DNA from: an uncultured bacterium
GTDB lineage: Bacteria; Zixibacteria; MSB-5A5; JAABVY01; JAHJOQ01
Length of the DNA stretch: 64,000 bases
Assembly: GCA_965369655.1 (NCBI GenBank)
Contig: CBDUQR010000003.1
Coordinates: 43,225-107,224 of the forward strand
Direction: 5' to 3'
In this document: positions 29,818 to 40,901 of the stretch, piece by piece
Numbering within the stretch: position 1 is the stretch's first letter
Layout of the letters: the number at the start of each line of letters is the position of its first letter
Program-made: the position numbers and the translations under genes
The notes under the pieces: model-generated
What the model saw: only the letters and a program-made list of their open reading frames with translations
Databases searched by the model: none
Told to the model about the DNA's origin: nothing

Positions 29818-30116
29818 GCCCCAGAACCTCCCGTAATCTCAATGTACAGATCTTTCCACTCGGGATTCATCTCTTCGATGAGATTGATCTTCCACTGACG
29901 ATTCCACTTTTTCATCTGCTTCTCACGAATGATCGCTGCGTTGACATCGGAATGAGTCTTATAATAAACCAACTTGTGAACGCCATATCTTTTTGTGAAC
30001 CCGTCCACTACATCAGACTTATGCTGATGCACGCGCTTAACAAGGTCACTGGTAATCCCAATGTACAGTGTTCCGTACGTTTTGCTTGTGAGGATGTAAA
30101 CATAGTACTGCGACAT
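29814..30116 (-). CDS. Small GIY-YIG nuclease family protein
   Basis: 'YYVYIL...LYIGIT..LVKRVHQH...REKQMKKW.R.WKI.LIE..NPEW.DL'. Confidence 0.93.
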   Translation of the reverse strand: MSQYYVYILTSKTYGTLYIGITSDLVKRVHQHKSDVVDGFTKRYGVHKLVYYKTHSDVNAAIIREKQMKKWNRQWKINLIEEMNPEWKDLYIEITGGSGA

Positions 30117-30126
30117 TGCTTTCAGA

Positions 30127-30285
30127 TGGATTCCAGCTTCTGCCGGAATGACACCTCGTATTCATATCACGAACAACAAGCCTCGTTATTCAGCCACATC
30201 ACCCGACCTGTCTTCCCCGCGGAGGCGGGGAACCATTACACGACGCGCGCTAGAGACAATGGATTCCCGCCTTCGCGGGAATGAC
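30127..30285. repeat. Three REP-like palindromes upstream of the GIY-YIG gene
   Basis: TGGATTCCAGCTTCTGCCGGAATGAC (30127-30152), GTCTTCCCCGCGGAGGCGGGGAACCA (30210-30235), TGGATTCCCGCCTTCGCGGGAATGAC (30260-30285). Confidence 0.85.
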
Positions 30286-30367
30286 AGCAAGAGCAACGGG
30301 AATGACGGCAAGAGCGGTAGGAATGACATCAAGAGCGGCGGAAATGACATCAAGAGCGATAGTAATG
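30277..30367. repeat. 21-bp tandem repeat (4.3 copies) starting with the REP terminus
   Basis: GGGAATGACAGCAAGAGCAAC / GGGAATGACGGCAAGAGCGGT / AGGAATGACATCAAGAGCGGC / GGAAATGACATCAAGAGCGAT / AGTAATG. Confidence 0.9.
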
Positions 30368-30389
30368 GTTTAGAGGGTAAATACATCAT

Positions 30390-32652
<2,263 letters not shown>

Positions 32653-32762
32653 CGTAAGAATCCCCGTAAACTATTATTATAAATGAAATTAAACAAATCG
32701 GCAAGCAAAATATCACCCGATTTCGAGGATTCTTCACGTATAAGATATTGTATAACAATGCC

Positions 32763-33890
32763 TTACGACTGCGGAGTATACATGGCCACTCGTCCAGAGT
32801 CAACCATGAGTATAGTTTCAAATATACTTAAGTCTCTGATGTCTCCCAACTTAGATGTCGTCATCATCACCTGCGAAAGCCCTGGCAGAAGAGAAAGAAG
32901 GCAATCGAGACGATTTCTGTCGAAATCTGAGAATATCTCGTCGAGCAGCAGGATCGGAGTCTCGTCGCAGTTGTGTCTGATGTACTCGCAGAGGGCGAGT
33001 TTGACCGAGAGTACCACAGTCTTGACCTGTCCCTGAGAGGCAGAATTTCTGCAGTCCTGGCCGTGAAGCCTGAAAATAATATCGTCTCTGTGGGGGCCAT
33101 ACATGGACTGCCGCATGGCGAGCTCCCTGCCGCGACGTGACTTCAGTTTCTCGCTCAGACACTCCGTAGAGTACTCATCCAGTTTTGGAGAAGCTTCATA
33201 ACAGATCGTCAGGGCTGAATCGGACTCCGACATCTTCTGATGGTATTCTCCGGCAAGTTTCATAATCTCTCGGATAAACAGACTGCGTGTTGCATGTATA
33301 TCGACTGCGATTTCGATCAGCTTCTGATCCCACACCTGCAGAAGCTCCTCCCCCTCCATTGCACCGATCGAGTCGTAGGCATCTCCGAGTTCTTTCAGCA
33401 GGGCATTTCTCTGGGCGATCACTTTCTTGTATTCCCACAACTGAGAGATATACCCTCGCTTGACCTGGGCGATCGATATGTCCAGGAATCGTCGCCTGAT
33501 GGTTGGCGGGCCATAGACTAACTCTACATCTCCCGGACCGAATGACACAGCCCGAAATCTTTCATATAGCGAGGCTACGCGTTTCTCTACAACGCCGTCT
33601 ATCTTGATATGTCTTTTCTCGCCCGGTCTGTACGCAACTTCGACCGTAACCGGCTCTTCGAATATTAGACCCGTACCGGCTATGCGAAACAGATCTGAAT
33701 CGTGACACTTGATTGCCTCGTCCGCTGCGCTGCGAAATGACTTAGCCGTGCAAAGATAGTAGATCGCTTCGAGCAGATTAGTTTTCCCTGCCCCGTTCAA
33801 ACCAAATATCAGATTCGAACCTGTGGCAAAATGTACAATCTGCTTATCAAGATTTCGGAATCCGGTTATGTCAAGCGAATCCAAATGCAA
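32763..33890 (-). CDS. recF: DNA replication/repair protein RecF
   Basis: 'FRN', Walker A 'GLNGAGKTN', 'GPHRDD', 'SQGQ', 'LLLDEIFSDFD'; probable TTG start at 33890. Confidence 0.95.
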   Translation of the reverse strand: MHLDSLDITGFRNLDKQIVHFATGSNLIFGLNGAGKTNLLEAIYYLCTAKSFRSAADEAIKCHDSDLFRIAGTGLIFEEPVTVEVAYRPGEKRHIKIDGVVEKRVASLYERFRAVSFGPGDVELVYGPPTIRRRFLDISIAQVKRGYISQLWEYKKVIAQRNALLKELGDAYDSIGAMEGEELLQVWDQKLIEIAVDIHATRSLFIREIMKLAGEYHQKMSESDSALTICYEASPKLDEYSTECLSEKLKSRRGRELAMRQSMYGPHRDDIIFRLHGQDCRNSASQGQVKTVVLSVKLALCEYIRHNCDETPILLLDEIFSDFDRNRLDCLLSLLPGLSQVMMTTSKLGDIRDLSIFETILMVDSGRVAMYTPQS

Positions 33891-33932
33891 ATCTGTCTCA
33901 TTGATGTTTGCGGGCCAGTTCTCAGTATCAGT

Positions 33933-33956
33933 AAAAAGCCCGCCTTGGGCGGGCTT
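33933..33956 (-). terminator. Intrinsic terminator after dnaN
   Basis: Minus strand AAGCCCGCC-CAA-GGCGGGCTT followed by TTT. Confidence 0.75.
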
Positions 33957-33985
33957 AGCCATATCTTGTAACAATTGTTACATCT

Positions 33986-35095
33986 TTACTCAGCAAGTCG
34001 CAGCGGCATGATCAGACAAAGATAATCCTCGGTTCGGTCAGCAGAGAAAACAATTCCAGCAGAGACAGGTGACGATAATTCAAACACAACCTCATCGCTG
34101 TCCATCTGTTTGAGAATCTCTTCTATGTATGTCGCGTTGTAACCGAGTTCCATCTTCTCATGCTTATATTCACAGGTCAATTCTTCCTTTGCTTCCCCGC
34201 CAAGGTCGACATTGGTCGCCGACAGGACCATCTTGTTCTTGCCGATCGAGAGTTTCACCTGATGAGTAAGGGAATTAGAAAGTATCGACACACGCCTGAC
34301 AGCAGACATCAGTTCATCTTTCTGGATCACGAGCCTCTTATCATTATCAAGTGGAATCACCTGATCGAAATTCGGGTATGGTCCCTCAAAGAGCTTGGAT
34401 GAGATTACACTCGGACCAACTCTGAACATTATATTCTTTTCGCCGAAGACTACTCCGATCTCCTTTTCATGTTCGGCAATCAGTTTGACCACAGCGTTCA
34501 GTGCCCTGGGCGGGACGATCAAATCATCAGCCAGGCCGCGCAATTTGGTATTGTCAATGGCGATCTTTGCCAATCTGTGTCCATCAGTGGCGACCATAAC
34601 CATCTTATCGCCCGAAGTTTGCCACAAAACACCGTTTAGAGCCGGGCGTGATTCATCCTGGGAAACCGCAAAAGATGTCTTGCGGACCATATTTACAAAA
34701 TCCCCAGCGGGCAAGCGTATTTCTTTTGCAGTATTGTATTCCGGAATGCGAGGAAACTCATCACCAGGAATTCCGGATATCTTGAATTCTCCTGTCTTAG
34801 TCAGCATCACCAGTCTGTTCTTATCAGCACTTACAGTGATCTCTGTCTCCGGCAACTCCCTGATAATATCTGTCAATGTCTTGGCATGTACAGTTAGTGA
34901 TCCCGCTTCTTCGACCTTCATCTCAAGAACAGTAGAAATTGATATTTCCAGATTTGTTGCCGCAAACATTATCCCCGCATCGCGCGCCTCGATCAGTACA
35001 TTCCCCAGAATCGGTAATGCGGATTTAGTTGGAACTGCTCCGAGAACAATATTCAGGAATTCAAAGAGTTTGGACTTTGCTATCTGGAACTTCAT
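33986..35095 (-). CDS. dnaN: DNA polymerase III beta clamp
   Basis: 'LPILGNVLI', 'ATNLE', 'SRPALNGV', 'VATDGHRLA', 'LIMPLRL'. Confidence 0.98.
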   Translation of the reverse strand: MKFQIAKSKLFEFLNIVLGAVPTKSALPILGNVLIEARDAGIMFAATNLEISISTVLEMKVEEAGSLTVHAKTLTDIIRELPETEITVSADKNRLVMLTKTGEFKISGIPGDEFPRIPEYNTAKEIRLPAGDFVNMVRKTSFAVSQDESRPALNGVLWQTSGDKMVMVATDGHRLAKIAIDNTKLRGLADDLIVPPRALNAVVKLIAEHEKEIGVVFGEKNIMFRVGPSVISSKLFEGPYPNFDQVIPLDNDKRLVIQKDELMSAVRRVSILSNSLTHQVKLSIGKNKMVLSATNVDLGGEAKEELTCEYKHEKMELGYNATYIEEILKQMDSDEVVFELSSPVSAGIVFSADRTEDYLCLIMPLRLAE

Positions 35096-35099
35096 CGTT

Positions 35100-35338
35100 G
35101 ACTCCTAAGACTATCCACAGTTCTTTTAGTATCTAAGATCATATATGAATATAATATAATAATCATAATGGTGTTGAATATATTAACAACTGTTGTAATG
35201 TATTCTCATGCTGTAAATTACCTGAGTCCAATATTGTTGACAATATTGGATAGTAATCACCAATCAACTCAACCTGTATACATATAACAAATTGATAATA
35301 CAAATTCAACCCTTTTCAACATTACAGTCCACAGCGAT
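35100..35338. other. Putative oriC, dnaA-dnaN part (degenerate DnaA boxes, AT-rich unwinding element)
   Basis: CTATCCACA at 35111-35119 plus several degenerate boxes. Very AT-rich 35125-35170. On the minus strand, TATTCAACA is followed by CAT-TAT-GAT-TAT-TAT (DnaA-trio-like). Confidence 0.75.
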
Positions 35339-36709
35339 TCAGACATAAAGTGAGTCTATCAACTGATCGATTCTGAGTTTGAGGTTCACATCTTTTTTCA
35401 TCATACCAACGATAGTTTTATGCGCATGTATTACAGTTGAATGATCCCTGCCTCCGAAAGCAACTCCGATTGTCTTCAGAGAAGAGTCCGTGAGCATTCT
35501 GCAAAGATACATGGCGATCTGACGAGCCAGGGCGACTTCAGCGGTCTTTTTTCTGGCGTGCATCATTTCAGGACTGAGATTGTATGACTGAGCCACACGT
35601 TTCTGGATTTCTTCGATGCTGACCGACTGCTTTGCATGCGGCAGTGAATCCTTCAACACCTGCTGGGCAAGATCGACTGTAATTTCGCGTCCGCGAAGTG
35701 AAGCATATGCCAGGAGTCGGGTAAGACAGCCCTCGAGAACCCGAATATTGCTCGTCACAGAATCCGCAATGAATGTGAGCACATCGCCGGGTACCTGAGT
35801 ACCATCAGTTTCTGACTTCTTACGAAGGATTGCGATCCTTGTTTCCAGCGATGGAGGCTGAATATCAGTAACAAGTCCCCATGAAAAGCGTGAAAGAAGC
35901 CGTTCTTCAAGACCCTTGATGTCTCTTGGTGGACGGTCTGCAGTTAATACAAGCTGCTTGCCGTTCTGATGCAGAGTATTGAAAGTGTGGAAAAACTGCT
36001 CCTGAGTCGATTCTTTTCCAGTGAAAAACTGAATATCGTCAATGATAAGCATATCTGCTGAGCGATAGCGACTCGTGAAACTAGTGACTGACCGAGTCGT
36101 GATAGAATCGATGAAATCGTTGGTGAACTTTTCCGATGTGACATAGATGACCTTCGCCGATGCGCTGTTATCGACCATGTGTTTACCAATAGCCTGTGCC
36201 AGGTGTGTCTTGCCTAATCCGACCCCTCCATAGATAAAAAGTGGGTTGTATCTGGTGCTTCCGGGTGCCTTGGCGACTGCAAGACTTGCGGCATATGCAA
36301 ACTCGTTGGAATCTCCGACGACAAAGGTATCAAACCGGTATCTCTCAGAAAAACTGGAGTTCACCTGCGGTCGGGCAGCTACCTGATGTTGTGGTTGAAC
36401 AGGCGTCTTTTCAAGCTCTGCTTCGTCCTCGAATATATCTGTTTGAGCCGCAGCCTGTGACGGACAGACTACGAACTGATATGAGCAGTCCATATCTGTG
36501 ACAGATCTCAGTGCGTCGACTATCAAGTCGCCATAGTGCTCCTGGAGCCAGTCAGCAACGAACCTGTTCGGTACCCCGATATGGATATCTCCGTTATCCC
36601 CGCCAACGGCGGTGGTAGGTTTCAGCCAAGTGAAAAAGCTTTGCTTTGTCACCTTTCTGGACATGAATGATAGACACTCGGACCATATCCGGCTTTGGTC
36701 GACAGACAT
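35339..36709 (-). CDS. dnaA: Chromosomal replication initiator DnaA
   Basis: 'YNPLFIYGGVGLGKTHL', 'IDDIQF', 'RLLSRF', 'FGGRDHSTVIHA'; probable ATG 36709. Confidence 0.99.
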   Translation of the reverse strand: MSVDQSRIWSECLSFMSRKVTKQSFFTWLKPTTAVGGDNGDIHIGVPNRFVADWLQEHYGDLIVDALRSVTDMDCSYQFVVCPSQAAAQTDIFEDEAELEKTPVQPQHQVAARPQVNSSFSERYRFDTFVVGDSNEFAYAASLAVAKAPGSTRYNPLFIYGGVGLGKTHLAQAIGKHMVDNSASAKVIYVTSEKFTNDFIDSITTRSVTSFTSRYRSADMLIIDDIQFFTGKESTQEQFFHTFNTLHQNGKQLVLTADRPPRDIKGLEERLLSRFSWGLVTDIQPPSLETRIAILRKKSETDGTQVPGDVLTFIADSVTSNIRVLEGCLTRLLAYASLRGREITVDLAQQVLKDSLPHAKQSVSIEEIQKRVAQSYNLSPEMMHARKKTAEVALARQIAMYLCRMLTDSSLKTIGVAFGGRDHSTVIHAHKTIVGMMKKDVNLKLRIDQLIDSLYV

Positions 36710-36736
36710 CTTGTCCCCCAATGTATTTATTAACAT

Positions 36737-36952
36737 CTGTGGAAAACTGTAACCTTAAAGCTCTCAGTCAGTTGTATACCGCGGTGTATGCCGGGCCACA
36801 GGTTTATCCACAAAGAGTAACATGAAACAGACAGAACCATCGTAATTTGTACGAACTTTCAATCAGTGACTGGTGTTATCAACACGTTGTTAACATATTA
36901 GCAATCAACAAGTTCTGAGGATAAACTTGGCGGAATCGGAGCCAAATGTCAA
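36737..36952. promoter_or_regulatory. dnaA upstream DnaA-box cluster and promoter (second part of a bipartite oriC)
   Basis: Perfect TTATCCACA at 36804-36812; one-mismatch boxes at 36738-36746, 36876-36884 and 36916-36924; minus-strand TTGACA at 36947-36952. Confidence 0.75.
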
Positions 36953-37099
36953 GAACTTGGTGAAAAAAAATAGCGAGTCAGAAGTCCATTGACTGCAATG
37001 GCTTACAAGGGCATTACTTCGTAGACATCCTCGGGCTGGTTTCCGGTTGGGTGCAAATAGCTATTATTCCCTGATGACATAGACGTTTATTGAGAACTC

Positions 37100-38146
37100 C
37101 TAAAACGTGTCGAGTATTTCAGTACAGATGTGACGATATGGGTCGGCTACATCGCCGTCAGGACCGTCGAAGAGAGACTTGCCGCTATCGGCATGTTCTC
37201 GGATCGATTTGAGGAGCGGAACCTCGCCGAGGAATCTCGTGCTGATCTTTTTAGCGAGTTTGTGGCCCCCCTGCTGGCCGAATATGTACTCCTTACTACC
37301 ATCGGGAAGGAGATAGTATGACATATTTTCTACGACGCCCAGTACCGGAATATTAGTCTTTTTCGCCATTGCGGCCACTCTGCTGGCGACTTCCGCCGCT
37401 GCCGGCTGAGGTGTGGTAACGACTATCATCTGCGAATCGGGCAGCTTCTGGCTGATCGTAATGCTTACATCGCCCGTACCGGGAGGTAAATCCATCAGGA
37501 GAATATCCAGTTCTCCCCAGACAGTGTCGGTGATGAATTGGGAGATGGCCTTGTGCAGCAACGGACCTCTCCAGACGACCGGTTCACCTTCAGGCACAAA
37601 AAATCCCATTGAGACAACCTTGATGCCATCCTGTTCTGCGGGGATTATCATATTGTCTATGATAGTCGGATCTGAGTCGATGCCGAGCATTCCTGGGACG
37701 GAAAATCCGTACACATCGGCATCCAGCACGCCGACTCGCAGCTTCTTTTCTGTAAACGCTCGTGCGAGATTTGCGGTGATCGTCGATTTGCCGACCCCAC
37801 CTTTTCCGGACGATATTGCGAGAATATGATCGGCGATGTGCTGGACCTTTTCTTCGCTCGGTTCGCCGAGAATCTGCTTGCGAATATCTGCTCTCTCCTG
37901 TTCGTTCATGGAGCCGAATTCGACTCGCACCTCGTCGATACCGTCAAGCTCAGAGACTGCCTTCGATACGTCATCGCTAATCCGTACTTTGAAAGGACAT
38001 CCGGGAATAGTCAGCTTAATTTTGATTACTGCCAGTCTGCCCGTAACCTGTATATCCTCGACCATTCCGAGGTCAACTATGGATTTGTGCAGTTCGGGGT
38101 CTTCGACCGGCTTCAACGCCTGCAGGATTTCATCTTTCGCAACCAT
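37100..38146 (-). CDS. mrp: Mrp/NBP35 (ApbC) Fe-S cluster carrier ATPase
   Basis: N-terminal DUF59 'DPEL..SIVDLG', 'SGKGGVGKS', 'DADVYG', 'WRGP', 'DLPPGTGD', 'ENMS'. Confidence 0.95.
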   Translation of the reverse strand: MVAKDEILQALKPVEDPELHKSIVDLGMVEDIQVTGRLAVIKIKLTIPGCPFKVRISDDVSKAVSELDGIDEVRVEFGSMNEQERADIRKQILGEPSEEKVQHIADHILAISSGKGGVGKSTITANLARAFTEKKLRVGVLDADVYGFSVPGMLGIDSDPTIIDNMIIPAEQDGIKVVSMGFFVPEGEPVVWRGPLLHKAISQFITDTVWGELDILLMDLPPGTGDVSITISQKLPDSQMIVVTTPQPAAAEVASRVAAMAKKTNIPVLGVVENMSYYLLPDGSKEYIFGQQGGHKLAKKISTRFLGEVPLLKSIREHADSGKSLFDGPDGDVADPYRHICTEILDTF

Positions 38147-38555
38147 CTTTTTCCTCTTCTTTCTTTGAAGTAACCAGATCTTGAAGAGTCGTAGACTCCA
38201 GAATGTTGTCGACCGCGTCCTGAAACTTTTGCCAGATGGTCTTCAGTGAGCAATCCTCAGCGATCTCGCACTGCGGAATGCCAACGAGGCATTCATAAGC
38301 CACTATGGGACCCTGAACCGCATCGACGATAGCCTTGAAGGTAATCTGGTCCGGTCTGCCGCTTAAGATAATTCCCCCGCCATACCCTCGCGAAGTCCTG
38401 ACGATTCCTGCTCTGGCGAGATCACTCAGTATGTGCGGAAGGAATTTCGGCGGGATACACTGACTCTCCGCGATCTCTTCCGATCTCATCAGGTTGTTCG
38501 TCCTGGCGAGCTCTGCCAGTGCCCTTATTGCGTACTCAGTCCGGTTCGAAAACAT
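38130..38555 (-). CDS. Rrf2 family transcriptional regulator (three Cys, IscR-like)
   Basis: 'YAIRAL', 'IPPKFL', 'RGYGGG', C-x6-C-x5-C cluster. Confidence 0.92.
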   Translation of the reverse strand: MFSNRTEYAIRALAELARTNNLMRSEEIAESQCIPPKFLPHILSDLARAGIVRTSRGYGGGIILSGRPDQITFKAIVDAVQGPIVAYECLVGIPQCEIAEDCSLKTIWQKFQDAVDNILESTTLQDLVTSKKEEEKDGCER

Positions 38556-38597
38556 AATAACGCATAACTCAATCTACGATCACATATTTGCCGCGTG

Positions 38598-38625
38598 AAG
38601 ATAACACATGAATCCGTGATGTCAA
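38598..38625 (-). promoter_or_regulatory. Putative sigma70 promoter of rrf2-mrp
   Basis: Minus strand TTGACA-N16-TATCTT. Confidence 0.5.
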
Positions 38626-38668
38626 CGACTTTTGGAGGGGTTCGCGATGCGAAAAGAGCCGGACTACT

Positions 38669-39002
38669 TCAACGGGTTACTCGACCTTGTTTTCCTGTTC
38701 TCTCGTAATGCTTTCGAGCGACTGATCGAGATTCTTATTCGGGAGTATAATCTGCATTACAGCTTTCTCAATCGCCTGGGCTACGTTGTCCACGAAAACA
38801 AACTCGATGTCGTTCCTGATTTCGTCGGGGGAGACGGACCCATCTCTTTTTCGTTGAGAGTGGGCAGGAATATCTTTCGTATGGATGATCTGTGAGCTCC
38901 AAACGCCTTTTCCTCGATTCCTTCGACCGGGTAGATCTTTCCGTGCAGGGTTATTTCACCGGTAAATGCGAAATCGTGATGTACGGGCATCTCAGTCAGC
39001 AG
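38669..39002 (-). pseudogene. Frameshifted C-terminal fragment of a Lon (S16) protease
   Basis: 'AFTGEITLHGKIYPVEGIEEKAFGAHRSSIRKIFLPTLNEKE' continues in another frame as 'PDEIRNDIEFVFVDNVAQAIEKAV'. No catalytic-Ser region or AAA+ domain. Confidence 0.8.
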
Positions 39003-39041
39003 CCAGATCCGCTCGATAGGGTTGAGGTCGGGTGAGTTCGG
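39003..39041 (-). mobile_element. Tiny IS630-family transposase remnant
   Basis: Encodes PNSPDLNPIERIW (the IS630/Tc1 'SPDLNPIE..W' motif), in frame with the Lon fragment. Confidence 0.6.
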
Positions 39042-39201
39042 TCAGTCGAATCTTATCTCTGTATATATCAGCCTGCATCATATCGCTGTAGTACTCCTGA
39101 TCGGTGCATAAAGTGCATGCGACTGTCGTCGTGAAAATAGTATCGGAGCACTATCGTGTCCAGGGAATCCTGCCATCTGTGTCACGATTCTGATGCGTTG
39201 A

Positions 39202-39765
39202 TCAACTTGTCTGCAGGACTTGAGGAACACGAACAATGAGCTTGAAGCCGGGGTGTCCGTTGTCAGATGGTATTACTTTGAGGCGTAATCTTCGCTTCAA
39301 ATTGACGAACGCAAATCGCTCGGCGCTCGATTTCAGCAGTTCTATGACATTGTTTGCTGCATATGCGAGGTCATCTAAGCATCTCGGTTCAAATTCTATC
39401 AGGCTGTAATCGTCGATTACCTTGATCATCGGTTCACCAGGATCCTGAGCAAGAAAGTCGGATACTGAACTGCCGTCGCACTCGTTCAGGTTCTTGATCA
39501 CCCTGATTTTTGATGTGCCGGGTACTGTCCGTTTCAGTATCTTGGAAGGCACTCCCAACCCCAGTATGAAGCTCGAAAGCGATTGTGGAAGTGGTATGGC
39601 CATGATAGGAATAGATTTCATCACAATCCGTATGTCATCTTTCTGACAGTGCTGAGCCAGCATAAACTTAATTGTCTCTGTCACCTCACGGATGTCATCG
39701 ATTGAGACGATGAGATAATGGATAGTTTGCGGCTCGCCGTATAGTTCTGATACTTGAGTGTCCAT
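39202..39765 (-). CDS. Hypothetical protein
   Basis: 187-aa ORF filling the intergenic space; no family recognised. Confidence 0.6.
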   Translation of the reverse strand: MDTQVSELYGEPQTIHYLIVSIDDIREVTETIKFMLAQHCQKDDIRIVMKSIPIMAIPLPQSLSSFILGLGVPSKILKRTVPGTSKIRVIKNLNECDGSSVSDFLAQDPGEPMIKVIDDYSLIEFEPRCLDDLAYAANNVIELLKSSAERFAFVNLKRRLRLKVIPSDNGHPGFKLIVRVPQVLQTS

Positions 39766-39881
39766 AGTGCTTATCAGTAAATATCGGCAGTCTGTCGCAA
39801 AACTTTTGCGCCGTGGAGGAACGCTTTGAAAATCGGGTCAAAACAGTCGCATTCCGGTGTTTCTCAGATCGGGTACAAACG

Positions 39882-39913
39882 AAAAGGCCGCCTCTGCCTT
39901 AGCAGAGACGGCC
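39882..39913 (-). terminator. Intrinsic terminator after the PorV-like gene
   Basis: Minus strand GGCCGTCTCTGC-TAAG-GCAGAGGCGGCC-TTTT. Confidence 0.8.
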
Positions 39914-39932
39914 AGTTCGGAAACAAGTCACC

Positions 39933-40835
39933 TTACAGGTCGAATGTCAATCCTATCCTGTGATTTTCGCCGAAGGCATCTCCCTGTTCGGAGATGTAGG
40001 CGTAATCAAGACTATACTTATTGGCGACCTTAAGGCCTGCGCCAAGCGTGAATTCACCATTGTTGACGCCGCCACGAACGGCAGCAAAGTAATCCTCCGC
40101 GAATTGGTAGGAATACTCGGCGCCGATACGAAGTTTGATCTCAGACTTGTGCTGGATCTTCTCGATGTCGACGGGAACGGTAAATCCTTCGACCGGGAAC
40201 AGGGCCACACCGACACGGAAAGTGGCGGGTACGGTCTTGTCGAGCTTGGTTCCGAGATCGGACGCGGTTACGCCGAGATTCATCATCTCACTGATGGCGT
40301 ATCTGACGCCCGCATCGAAACCGACGCCGGTCTTAGTATAGGTGTCATACTTCTGGTAGGCAACTTTGAAGTTGAATCCAACCATCAGATTTTCCATCTG
40401 ATTGCCGTACGACATGATGAAGACGTGATCGTTAGCATCGAAATTCTCCGGTACGGAGGTCTTCGTCTCACGTTTTTCAATATCGCCGGTCCCGGCATTC
40501 AGCCAGGAGAACCCGAGCGCACCGAACTCGAACTGCCCGGCAAATGCCAGGTAGTTGTACTTCCGGTCGCAGTCCATGTTAGATGCGATCATGCTTGAGA
40601 AGGAGAACTTCTCAACCTGTGACAGGCCGGCTGGGTTCCAATAGCCTGCTGTAGCATCATTTGCTACGGCAACGTAGGCGCCACCCATTGCAAGCGCGCG
40701 CGCCCCCACGCCCATGCGCATCATCGGCATAGCGTGGTTGAATTCAGTGGCTATGGCAACCTGCGAGCAACCCACCACCAGCAGGATGAAAAGCGCCAAA
40801 CTCAAAGTCGGCGTCTTTCTTGAGTTTCGTTTCAT
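39933..40835 (-). CDS. PorV/PorQ-like (UPF0164) outer-membrane beta-barrel
   Basis: Signal peptide, 'GVGARALAMGGAYVAVANDATAGYWNPAGL', amphipathic strands, 'DYAY...HRIGLTF' C-terminus. Confidence 0.88.
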   Translation of the reverse strand: MKRNSRKTPTLSLALFILLVVGCSQVAIATEFNHAMPMMRMGVGARALAMGGAYVAVANDATAGYWNPAGLSQVEKFSFSSMIASNMDCDRKYNYLAFAGQFEFGALGFSWLNAGTGDIEKRETKTSVPENFDANDHVFIMSYGNQMENLMVGFNFKVAYQKYDTYTKTGVGFDAGVRYAISEMMNLGVTASDLGTKLDKTVPATFRVGVALFPVEGFTVPVDIEKIQHKSEIKLRIGAEYSYQFAEDYFAAVRGGVNNGEFTLGAGLKVANKYSLDYAYISEQGDAFGENHRIGLTFDL

Positions 40836-40864
40836 TGTTCAATCACCCTTCGCTAAAGGTTTCC

Positions 40865-40894
40865 GCAGGACCGGGGGATTATCCCCGGCCCTGC
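40865..40894 (-). other. GC-rich intergenic stem-loop without a U-tract (mRNA stabiliser or attenuator)
   Basis: GCAGG-A-CCGGGG-GATTAT-CCCCGG-C-CCTGC between the giant gene and the PorV-like gene. Confidence 0.55.
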
Positions 40895-40901
40895 TGGTGA
40901 G

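Noticed and set aside
30277-30367. Mini-CRISPR, or coding repeat ORFs 30148-30483 and 30186-30389
   Set aside because: These are contiguous 21-bp tandem units without unique spacers. The ORFs are in-frame read-throughs of repeats, and one overlaps gyrB in antisense.
33891-33974. RecF N-terminal extension
   Set aside because: It runs through the dnaN terminator hairpin; RecF homology begins at about 33890.
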